Positions 28,885 through 36,131 of a DNA stretch of 40,376 nt are shown piece by piece (the stretch's first letter is position 1; each line of letters opens with the position of its first letter). Location: contig JBPYDM010000146.1 of the NCBI GenBank assembly GCA_051986255.1, positions 1-40,376 of the forward strand. The letters run 5' to 3'. This DNA comes from Solirubrobacteraceae bacterium. GTDB lineage: Bacteria; Actinomycetota; Thermoleophilia; Solirubrobacterales; Solirubrobacteraceae. The position numbers and the translations under genes are program-made. The notes under the pieces were generated by a model, which saw only the letters and a list, made by a program, of their open reading frames with translations, had not been told where the DNA came from and searched no databases.

Positions 28885-29080
28885 ACGTGTGGGCCGGGAA
28901 TGCCGAGCAGCCGATTGGGCGCTGCCTCCCGCTATCAGTCGGTCGCCAGCAGCCGGTCTGAATTCGCAGGCGGGAAGTACAGCAGATCTACGACCAGGTC
29001 GCGGCGCTTACCTCCTGCATCGCTCTCTAGTGTGGTGTGCTTCTGTAAGGAACACGTATGTCCTGGGATAGAGCCTTCCG

Positions 29081-29719
29081 ATGAATCGACCGCTGCTGCT
29101 GATCGACGTAGATGGGGTCATCTCGCTATTCGGCTTTGACCCGGAGCGACCTCCTGACGGCAAGTTTCAGATCGTCGACGGCATCGCCCACTTCCTCTCC
29201 GGGGTGGCCGGCCGCCACCTCCAGCGGCTCAGCCAGTGCTTCGAGCCCACCTGGTGCACGGGATGGGAGGAGAAGGCCAACGATTACCTCCCCCACGCTC
29301 TGGGCCTGTCCGGACCCTGGCCGTATCTAAGCTTCGACGGCCCGGCGAGCTGGGGCAGTTGCCACTGGAAGCTGGCGGCCATCGACGATTATGCGGGCCG
29401 GGAGCGGCCGCTGGCCTGGATCGACGACAACCACGACGAGCGTACGCGGGACTGGGCCCACGAGCGCCCCGCCCCGACCCTCCTCATCCACACCGATCCG
29501 GCCACCGGCCTGACCGAGCAGCAGGTGGTGGCACTGCTCGAGTGGGCTCAGGAACTGGCGGCGACCGAGAACACCGGCGGTAACCGCGAGGCCACGGTGA
29601 ACCATGAGTCCCCGGCGTCGGCGGACCCGAACACCTCTCCAGACGTGGCCCCGAAATACAGTTCGAGCTCCGCGCCCTCTCCAGCCCCGTCAAAGGCCTG
29701 GCGCAGAACGGTCAGGTAG
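29081..29719 (+). CDS. HAD-superfamily domain protein (Swiss-Army-knife-like HAD)
   Basis: LLLIDVDGVI, WCTGWE, WKLAAID, LAWIDD; 3' end overlaps the convergent gene by 172 nt. Confidence 0.82.
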   Translation: MNRPLLLIDVDGVISLFGFDPERPPDGKFQIVDGIAHFLSGVAGRHLQRLSQCFEPTWCTGWEEKANDYLPHALGLSGPWPYLSFDGPASWGSCHWKLAAIDDYAGRERPLAWIDDNHDERTRDWAHERPAPTLLIHTDPATGLTEQQVVALLEWAQELAATENTGGNREATVNHESPASADPNTSPDVAPKYSSSSAPSPAPSKAWRRTVR

Positions 29720-30618
29720 GCGTCGCGCGCGGGCAATCCGTCTCCCTTGGCGCTCCAGCTCGAGCCGGCGTCCCGTGTCTCGTACACGCGCACTCGCCCC
29801 TCCGGTGTCACCCGGTCCATGTCGGCCACCAGCGGGATTACAAACGCGCTGTCCGGATCCCCCGGGTCCACCATGAGCGGGAAGCCGAAGTCCGAGGGCA
29901 GGCCGTCCCCGATGTTCGTCCAGCTCTCTCCGGCATCGTCCGAGCGGTACACGCCGCCGTGGAACTGCATGAACAGGCGCTCGGGCCGGGCGGGGGAACG
30001 CTCGACGTGGTGCACGCAGCGGCCGGCGTTCTCGTCCCGGAGCGTCTCCTCAGGCAGGTAACCCGGATCCAGGCCGTGATTGCCCCGCCTCCAGGAGCGG
30101 CCGCCGTCCTCGGTTAGCCACATGCCCGCGGCCGAGATGGCCACGGCCAGCCGGTCGGGATCCTCGGGCCAGGTGGCAATCGAGTGCAGGCACAGGCCGC
30201 CGCCACCGGGCTGCCACTGGCTGCGTGACGGCTGGGACCACAGCCCCTCGTTCACCGACCACGTGACACCACCGTCGAAGCTCTCGAAGAGCACGCCCGG
30301 GTCTCCGCCGGCGTACACCACGCCGTCGGCCTCGCCTGGGGCGATAACCCAGATGCGCTCCAGCGCCTGGTCTCCGCCCTCGGGGAGGGCCACGCCATCG
30401 GCCTGCTGCCATTCGTCGGCCGGGTCATCCGTGTTGAAGATCTTCGGACCGTAGAAGGGCGAGGTGGTGGTGGCCAGGAGGCGTCCGGAGCGCCGATCGC
30501 GCATCGCGTAGTCCACCGGCTCGCCGGCAAACGCCCGGGCCGTGATCTCAAATGGCCGCCCGGGCTCCCCGTTGAGCACGAACAGCCCCTTCTTGGTTCC
30601 CACGAGCAGCTCAGTCAA
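29548..30618 (-). CDS. BNR/Asp-box repeat beta-propeller protein
   Basis: Asp-boxes SFDGGVTW, TEDGGRSW, SDDAGESW, TRDAGSSW, SADAGDSW; TTG start with GGAGGA SD; no signal peptide. Confidence 0.9.
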   Translation of the reverse strand: MTELLVGTKKGLFVLNGEPGRPFEITARAFAGEPVDYAMRDRRSGRLLATTTSPFYGPKIFNTDDPADEWQQADGVALPEGGDQALERIWVIAPGEADGVVYAGGDPGVLFESFDGGVTWSVNEGLWSQPSRSQWQPGGGGLCLHSIATWPEDPDRLAVAISAAGMWLTEDGGRSWRRGNHGLDPGYLPEETLRDENAGRCVHHVERSPARPERLFMQFHGGVYRSDDAGESWTNIGDGLPSDFGFPLMVDPGDPDSAFVIPLVADMDRVTPEGRVRVYETRDAGSSWSAKGDGLPARDAYLTVLRQAFDGAGEGAELELYFGATSGEVFGSADAGDSWFTVASRLPPVFSVAASS

Positions 30619-30621
30619 TGC

Positions 30622-30882
30622 TCATCCTCCTGTGATCGCCGGCAGTACCTCGACGCGGTCCCCGGGCTCGACGGTCGTGTCCTCGGCGCCTCGGTCTCCG
30701 TTTACGTAGACGTTGATGTGACGGCGGATGTGCCCCCGCTCGTCGAGGATCCAGCCTGCCAGGGCGGGATAGCGAAGCTCCAGCGCACGGAGCAGCTCCA
30801 GGACCGAAGCCCCCGTCAGCTCGTGCTCGGACGAGCCACCTGCCAGCTTGCGCAGCGGCCCGCGGACCGAAACGACGGACAT
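30622..30882 (-). CDS. MoaD/ThiS family ubiquitin-like protein
   Basis: 86 aa, INVYVNG...GDRVEVLPAITGG ending in GG; TAGGAT -10 7 nt before the ATG. Confidence 0.92.
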   Translation of the reverse strand: MSVVSVRGPLRKLAGGSSEHELTGASVLELLRALELRYPALAGWILDERGHIRRHINVYVNGDRGAEDTTVEPGDRVEVLPAITGG

Positions 30883-30950
30883 GGCGGGAATCCTAGGGTT
30901 TGTCCGCATCTGTTCGGTTAGACGACCGCGGGCTCCGAAACTCATCGGCG

Positions 30951-31718
30951 CTATTTGAATGAGCCGTGGCGGCCCGCGCCCTCTCGGAAGCGCTCGATGC
31001 CTCCCTGGACCTCGCTCAGCGAGCGCACACCGTGCTGAAACTCCCTGCCCAGCGCCTCCTCCTCGGTGCGCCCCCACTGCTCGAGCAGCGATGCCCGGTC
31101 CTCGCGCAGGCAGAGCTGGGGAAAGCGGGCCAGCTCGGCGGCCAGAGCCTCGGCGGCGGCCCGGCTCTGACCCTCGGGGACGACCCGGTTGACCAGCCCC
31201 ATGGCGAGCGCCTCGTGCGCGCCCACCGGCCGGCCCGTGAGGATCATGTCCATGGCTCGGCTCTGGCCGATCAGCCGGGGCAGGCGGACGGTCCCCCCGT
31301 CGATCAGCGGCACGCCCCAGCGCCGGCAGAACACGCCGAAGATGGCCTCCTCCTCGGCCACACGGAGGTCGCACCACAGCGCCAGCTCGAGCCCCCCGGC
31401 CACCGCGTGCCCCGCCACAGCCGCGATCACCGGCTTTGACAGCCGGATGCGGGTGGGGCCCATCGGCCCGTCGCCGTCGGGCGCCACCCGGTTGCCCTCC
31501 TCCGTCCCCGCCGACTTAAGGTCCGCTCCGGCGCAGAAGGTGCCACCCTCGCCGTGCAGGACCGCTACCGCGGACTCGTCAGCGAGCTCAAAGCCCCTGA
31601 ATGCCTCGGCCAGCGCGGCCGCGGTGGCCGCGTCCACGGCGTTACGCCGTTCGGGGCGACGGAGCAGGACGGTGTAGACGGGGCCGTCGCGCTCGACGCG
31701 CACGGGCGATGAGGTCAC
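30951..31718 (-). CDS. enoyl-CoA hydratase/isomerase (EchA5-like)
   Basis: FCAGADL, AVAGGLELALWCDLR, CRRWGVPLIDGGTVRLPRLIG. Confidence 0.93.
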   Translation of the reverse strand: MTSSPVRVERDGPVYTVLLRRPERRNAVDAATAAALAEAFRGFELADESAVAVLHGEGGTFCAGADLKSAGTEEGNRVAPDGDGPMGPTRIRLSKPVIAAVAGHAVAGGLELALWCDLRVAEEEAIFGVFCRRWGVPLIDGGTVRLPRLIGQSRAMDMILTGRPVGAHEALAMGLVNRVVPEGQSRAAAEALAAELARFPQLCLREDRASLLEQWGRTEEEALGREFQHGVRSLSEVQGGIERFREGAGRHGSFK

Positions 31719-32311
31719 GCGCCCACCGCCCGCCGCACGAAGATCCGCAACGCGGCCACGATCTCCTCCGCCGACGGGCGCTGCTCAACCAGGGGCGACA
31801 GCGGTCCCACCAGCGCCTCGCCACACCCTCCCACCAGCGCAGCGGCGGTGAACTCGATGTTTTGCTCCGGTAGCTCGCCGGCGGCGATGCCGGCCCGCAG
31901 GCTCTCGGCGATCACCTCAGCGTAGCGCTCGCGGTAGGCCAGGCGCTCAGCGTCGACCAGCGGGTCCACTGGCTCGGCGATAAGCGCCCAGGCCAGCCGC
32001 GGGTTGCGGAGCGCCCGCTGGGCGAAAGTGGCCAGCACGGCCTCCAGCCGGGCCACCGATCCGGCGCCGGACATCTCCTGGGAGGCCAGCCGCATCGCCC
32101 GCTCCTCGCGGCCGCACACCGAGCGGAAGACCTCCACGAACAGCTCCTGCTTGGAGGGGAAGTGGCGGTACAGGGTCCCGGCGGCCACGCCGGCCCGTTC
32201 GGCGATGGCCGCCACCGAGGCGGCTCCGTAGCCGCCCTCCTCGATCAGCTCCTGCGCGGCCTGTTCCAGGCGCAGCCTGGTGGGGGTTATGAGCTCCTGG
32301 GCCATGGTCAC
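31715..32311 (-). CDS. TetR/AcrR family regulator
   Basis: HTH SVAAIAERAGVAAGTLYRHFPSKQEL. Confidence 0.94.
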   Translation of the reverse strand: MTMAQELITPTRLRLEQAAQELIEEGGYGAASVAAIAERAGVAAGTLYRHFPSKQELFVEVFRSVCGREERAMRLASQEMSGAGSVARLEAVLATFAQRALRNPRLAWALIAEPVDPLVDAERLAYRERYAEVIAESLRAGIAAGELPEQNIEFTAAALVGGCGEALVGPLSPLVEQRPSAEEIVAALRIFVRRAVGA

Positions 32312-32343
32312 GCGTGGGACGTGGAGCAGCGGTGGTCAGCCAC
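32308..32343 (-). CDS. putative 11-aa bridging mini-ORF between the EchA4-like gene and tetR
   Basis: (M/V)ADHRCSTSHA*; GTG 1 nt after the upstream TGA, TGA overlaps tetR GTG. Confidence 0.3.
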   Translation of the reverse strand: MADHRCSTSHA

Positions 32344-32344
32344 G

Positions 32345-33250
32345 TCACCCCTTGTGGGTAGAGGAGCCGTAGTCGCCGAAAGGTTCATCGCGCTGCCGGA
32401 CGGCCTCGCGGAAGCCCTCGCGCCCGGCCAGGGTCTGGAAGCCATAGCCCTCCTTGGTATGACGGGCCGACCCATCGAGGAGCGTCCCGATCACCTGCGT
32501 GGCTGCCAGCCCCTGCTGGTAGAGCGACTGGTTGACCAGCAGCTTCATCATCTGGAGCTGATTGACCGGCACCCGGCTGATCCGCTCCACCAGGTTCTGC
32601 ACACGGTCGTCCAGCTGTTCGGGGGGTGGCGCCTCGATGGCCAGCCCCCATTCCAGCGCCTCGGCGCCCGACAGGCAGTCACCCGTGAACAGGAGCCGTT
32701 TGGCCCGTTGCGCTCCCAGCCGGTGGGCCCACAGCATGGTGGTCGGAGATCCCCACACCCGGGCCGGGGGGTAGCCGATCTTGGCGTCGGAGGCGATCAC
32801 CAGCAGGTCGGCGCACAGGGCCAGATCGGTCCCGCCGGCCACACAGAACCCGTGCACCCGGCACACCACTGGTTTGGAGCACCGGTAGAGCGACATGAAC
32901 GCGCCGACGTTGCGGCTCATCATCGCGTAGGCGACCATCGGATCCCACGGCTCCGAGGGGTTGTGGTTGGCCGCGATCACGGCCGGGTCGAGCGGAGACC
33001 CGGCCGGGACGTCCTGCGCGCCCTCGGCTCGGTCCCGCCCCTCGGCGCTGGCCACCAGGTCATACCCGCCGCAGAATCCCTTCCCGGCGCCAGCCAGCAG
33101 CAGGACGTGGACGGATGGGTCCAGATCAGCCCGCTCGACCGCCTTTTCCAGCTCGACCAGGAGGGAGCGCGTGATCCCGTTGCCGCGGTCCGGGCGGCTG
33201 AGCGTGAGGCGGGCGACCCGCCCCAGCACCTCGTATTCGAGGTCGCTCAC
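32345..33250 (-). CDS. crotonase/enoyl-CoA hydratase (EchA4-like)
   Basis: GFCGGYDL, HGFCVAGGTDLAL, IGYPPARVWG, RDEPFGDY. Confidence 0.93.
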   Translation of the reverse strand: MSDLEYEVLGRVARLTLSRPDRGNGITRSLLVELEKAVERADLDPSVHVLLLAGAGKGFCGGYDLVASAEGRDRAEGAQDVPAGSPLDPAVIAANHNPSEPWDPMVAYAMMSRNVGAFMSLYRCSKPVVCRVHGFCVAGGTDLALCADLLVIASDAKIGYPPARVWGSPTTMLWAHRLGAQRAKRLLFTGDCLSGAEALEWGLAIEAPPPEQLDDRVQNLVERISRVPVNQLQMMKLLVNQSLYQQGLAATQVIGTLLDGSARHTKEGYGFQTLAGREGFREAVRQRDEPFGDYGSSTHKG

Positions 33251-33288
33251 GGTTCGGGCCCAGCCGGACCCTGTTTCTGCCGGCTCAC
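33247..33288 (-). CDS. putative 13-aa bridging mini-ORF between the AidB-like and EchA4-like genes
   Basis: (M/V)SRQKQGPAGPEP*; GTGA overlap at both ends. Confidence 0.4.
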   Translation of the reverse strand: MSRQKQGPAGPEP

Positions 33289-34994
33289 GCCGGCAGGGCG
33301 CGGTTGATGATCGCCTGGGCCTGGACTCCCTCGGGCAGGGTCCCGTACACCCGCCCGCCCTGGCCGGCCAGGCGACTGGCGCAGAAGGCGTCCGCCACCT
33401 CTGGGGGTGCGTGGCGGACGAGGAGTGAGCCCTGGAGCGCCAAGGCCAGGTCCTCTACCAGCCGCCGGGCGTGGAACTGTGGCTGCCCGGAGGTGAATGC
33501 GGCCTGCGCCTGCGGGCCCAGGTGGTCCAGGTGGTCATCCAGCCGGCGATCGGCTCCTCGGGCCAGCTCGCACTCGGCCAGGAAGGCAGGACGCCCTTCG
33601 GGCTCCTTGACCGTCGCCCTGAGCACGTCGAGGGCCGAGACATTCCCAGACCCCTCCCAGATCGAGTTCAGCGGGGCGTCGCGGTAGAGCAGCGGCATAC
33701 CCGAGTCCTCCACGAACCCGTTGCCCCCGAGACACTCGAGTGCCTCCGCGGCATGGCCGGGGGCGCGCTTGGACACCCAGTACTTCATGACCGCGGTGGC
33801 GAAGCGCCGGAAGGCGGCCTCGCCCTCCGGCTCGGTGGGGGTCGGCGGGTCATAGCTTCGCGCCACCCGCATGGTCGCCACCGTGGCTGCCTCGGATTCC
33901 ACCGCCAGATCGGCCAGGACGTTCTGCATCGCCGGCTGGTCCACGAGCAGCGCCCCAAAGGCTCGCCGGTGCCGGGCGTGGTGAATGGCCTCGAGCGTGC
34001 CCCGGCGCAGTCCCGTGGTGGCGCCCAGCAGGCAGTCCAGACGGGTGTGATTGACCATCCGGATGATGGCCGGGACTCCCCGGCCCTCCTCGCCCACCAG
34101 CCGGCCAGCGATACCTCGAAACTCGACCTCCGAGGAGGGAAGCGAGCGAGTTCCCAGCTTGTCCTTGAGCCGCTGGAACTCCATCCCGGGGCCGCGCTCC
34201 ACCAGGAAGCACGACAGTCCACCCGGGGCCTGGGCCAGGACCAGGAACACGTCACACGGCGGATAGGAGCAGAACCACTTGTGACCGTGGACCTCATAGA
34301 CGCCGTCGCCCACCGGATCGGCCCGGGTGATGTTGGCCCGCACGTCCGACCCCCCTTGGCGCTCGGTCATGGCCATGCCGGCCAGGGCGCCGTCGTCGTA
34401 GTCGGGGCTGGTCAGCCGCGGCTCCCAATTCGTCGCTAGCTCGGGGGCGCCGTCCCGCAGTGCGGGGATGACCGCGTAGGTCATCGAGACCGGGCACATC
34501 ACTCCATCATTGGCGTTGCCCCAGAGCATGAACAGGGCGGCGCGGACCGCCTGGACCCCCGGACGGGCCTCGCGCCAGGGCAGCGAGTGGATCTCCCTCT
34601 CGATTGCTCCCCGCAGGAGCCAGTGCCAGGACGGGTCGAGCTCCACCTGGTCGATCCGGTCGCCGAAGCGGTCGTGCGTGCGCAGGATGGGCAGGTTGCG
34701 CTCGGCCCGCCGCGAGTGCTCCCGAGTCACGGCGGATCCGGCCACCGCGGCAGCCTCCCGGACGCGGCCAACGCCCCAGCCGCCCCCCTCCCGCTCGAGG
34801 GCCTCGCGCAGGGCCAGATCGACGTCGAACAGGTTGACCGGCTCCAGCGGAGGGGGTTGGTTGAGGACGGTGCGGGCCGGGTCCTGAGGGGCGGCGGTTG
34901 GGCCCGGCGTGGTAATGCTCGGGGGCTGCGGTCCGGGCTGGGTCGGAGCGGTTCCGCCCGGGGCCGCGACTGATGGGGTGTCGGTGGCGCTCAT
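33285..34994 (-). CDS. acyl-CoA dehydrogenase, AidB/FadE8-like
   Basis: NQPPPL, CPVSMTYA, MTERQGGSDV, GHKWFCS, RLKDKLG, NSIWEGSGNV; GAGGAG SD. Confidence 0.93.
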   Translation of the reverse strand: MSATDTPSVAAPGGTAPTQPGPQPPSITTPGPTAAPQDPARTVLNQPPPLEPVNLFDVDLALREALEREGGGWGVGRVREAAAVAGSAVTREHSRRAERNLPILRTHDRFGDRIDQVELDPSWHWLLRGAIEREIHSLPWREARPGVQAVRAALFMLWGNANDGVMCPVSMTYAVIPALRDGAPELATNWEPRLTSPDYDDGALAGMAMTERQGGSDVRANITRADPVGDGVYEVHGHKWFCSYPPCDVFLVLAQAPGGLSCFLVERGPGMEFQRLKDKLGTRSLPSSEVEFRGIAGRLVGEEGRGVPAIIRMVNHTRLDCLLGATTGLRRGTLEAIHHARHRRAFGALLVDQPAMQNVLADLAVESEAATVATMRVARSYDPPTPTEPEGEAAFRRFATAVMKYWVSKRAPGHAAEALECLGGNGFVEDSGMPLLYRDAPLNSIWEGSGNVSALDVLRATVKEPEGRPAFLAECELARGADRRLDDHLDHLGPQAQAAFTSGQPQFHARRLVEDLALALQGSLLVRHAPPEVADAFCASRLAGQGGRVYGTLPEGVQAQAIINRALPA

Positions 34995-35014
34995 CGCGCT
35001 CCTCTCGGACGTGA

Positions 35015-35062
35015 TGTGAATCTCAGTTCACAAAGGCTAGTGAATCCAGATTCACAATGCAA
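35015..35062 (-). promoter_or_regulatory. sigma70-type promoter with two palindromic operators (probably for the operon TetR)
   Basis: -35 TTGCAT (35057-35062), 17 nt, -10 TAGCCT (35034-35039); palindromes TGTGAA-N6-TTCACA (35015-35032) and GTGAATC-ca-GATTCAC (35040-35055). Confidence 0.85.
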
Positions 35063-35098
35063 GGGAACCGGGGGTCACGCCGGCAGATACGCGACTGA

Positions 35099-35197
35099 CG
35101 TCACAAAGCTCGCGTCCCGATCGGCGCTCAGTGACGCTACATCGCTGTAGGCCCACCAAACGCACAAAGCTCCGGCGCTCCGGCGGGCTTTGTCACG
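35099..35197. repeat. 99-bp palindromic dispersed repeat (MITE/REP-like), copy 2
   Basis: Same length and orientation as 12432-12530; ends cgtcacaaagc...gctttgtcacg. Confidence 0.85.
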
Positions 35198-35259
35198 AAA
35201 CTATGGGCCACCCACGCCGGGGGCACCGCCGCGACCCCCGCCGGCACCGCCCGCCGGCC

Positions 35260-36051
35260 TCACCAGCACGGCTCGTACACGTGCCCGTTCAGCGCGAGGT
35301 TGTAGCGCGCCGCCATGATCCCGAGACGCGCGTCGCGGGCGCAGAAGCGGCGGCGGGGGAGCCGGTACTCGGCATCCAGCACGGGCTTGCCCGCGGCCAG
35401 GTACGGCCTGTAGGCGGCGCACTCGGCGTACTGGTTGCACTGCTCGGACAGCACGCCGTCGAAGTAGGGCTCGAGCGCGCGAGCCTGGTCCGGATCGTTC
35501 TTCTGGAGGACGGCCAGCCCCAGCGAGTGCGCCTGGCCCGCTACCCACCTGTCATAGCTCAGCTGGGCGTCCGCCGTGAGAGGGAAGCCAGTGTGGCTCT
35601 GGTAGCCGTCGATATTGTCGGGTTCGAGGGCGTCGAAACCCTTTCGCCGGCACTGCCGGCGAAAGCGCCGGGCCATGATCCGGCGGACGATCGCCTGGCG
35701 GATGTCCAGCCAGCGTTCGCCGGGCCAGCCGTTGGGCTTGCCCAACACCGAGCGCGGGAACTGCTTGGCGTCGGGCCGCCAGTCCTCCCAGGTCCCGACG
35801 TCGATGTAGCAGATGACCCGCTTGCCCGCCGCGTGCAGGCGGGCCACCTCGCGGAGACTGGTGTCGAACCCGTCGACGTCGTACGCGGCAGCGGACAGGG
35901 CGATGTCGATGCGGCCCTGGAGCTGCCAGTACCAGGTCAGGCGGGCGGGGGGACGCCAACGCTGAGGAGTCGCCGACGAGGACGCCGCTGCCGCTGACAG
36001 GCAGACCACCGCGGCGGCCAGGACAAGTCCGCGTCGAAAGAGTGCCCGCAC
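35260..36051 (-). CDS. secreted endo-alpha-1,4-polygalactosaminidase (GH114-like); start uncertain
   Basis: Signal peptide; WYWQLQG, YDVDGFD, VICYIDVGTWEDWRPDA, KGFDALEPDNIDGY, KND, SEQC. Confidence 0.88.
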   Translation of the reverse strand: MRALFRRGLVLAAAVVCLSAAAASSSATPQRWRPPARLTWYWQLQGRIDIALSAAAYDVDGFDTSLREVARLHAAGKRVICYIDVGTWEDWRPDAKQFPRSVLGKPNGWPGERWLDIRQAIVRRIMARRFRRQCRRKGFDALEPDNIDGYQSHTGFPLTADAQLSYDRWVAGQAHSLGLAVLQKNDPDQARALEPYFDGVLSEQCNQYAECAAYRPYLAAGKPVLDAEYRLPRRRFCARDARLGIMAARYNLALNGHVYEPCW

Positions 36052-36131
36052 GTCTTTCCCTATAGTGACGGTCGCGCGCTTGTTTAGGGGGGCGCCAGTT
36101 GTACATGCCTGCTTCCAGATCACACATCACC

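Noticed and set aside
35015-35032. CRP site
   Set aside because: Spacing is TGTGA-N8-TCACA, not N6; better explained as a TetR-type operator
15165-36051. Pel-like exopolysaccharide system from the CE4 deacetylase plus GH114
   Set aside because: The genes are about 20 kb apart and there is no glycosyltransferase or export gene in the window
36058-36067. CACTATAGGG resembling the end of a T7 promoter (minus strand)
   Set aside because: The upstream part of the T7 consensus is absent; chance match
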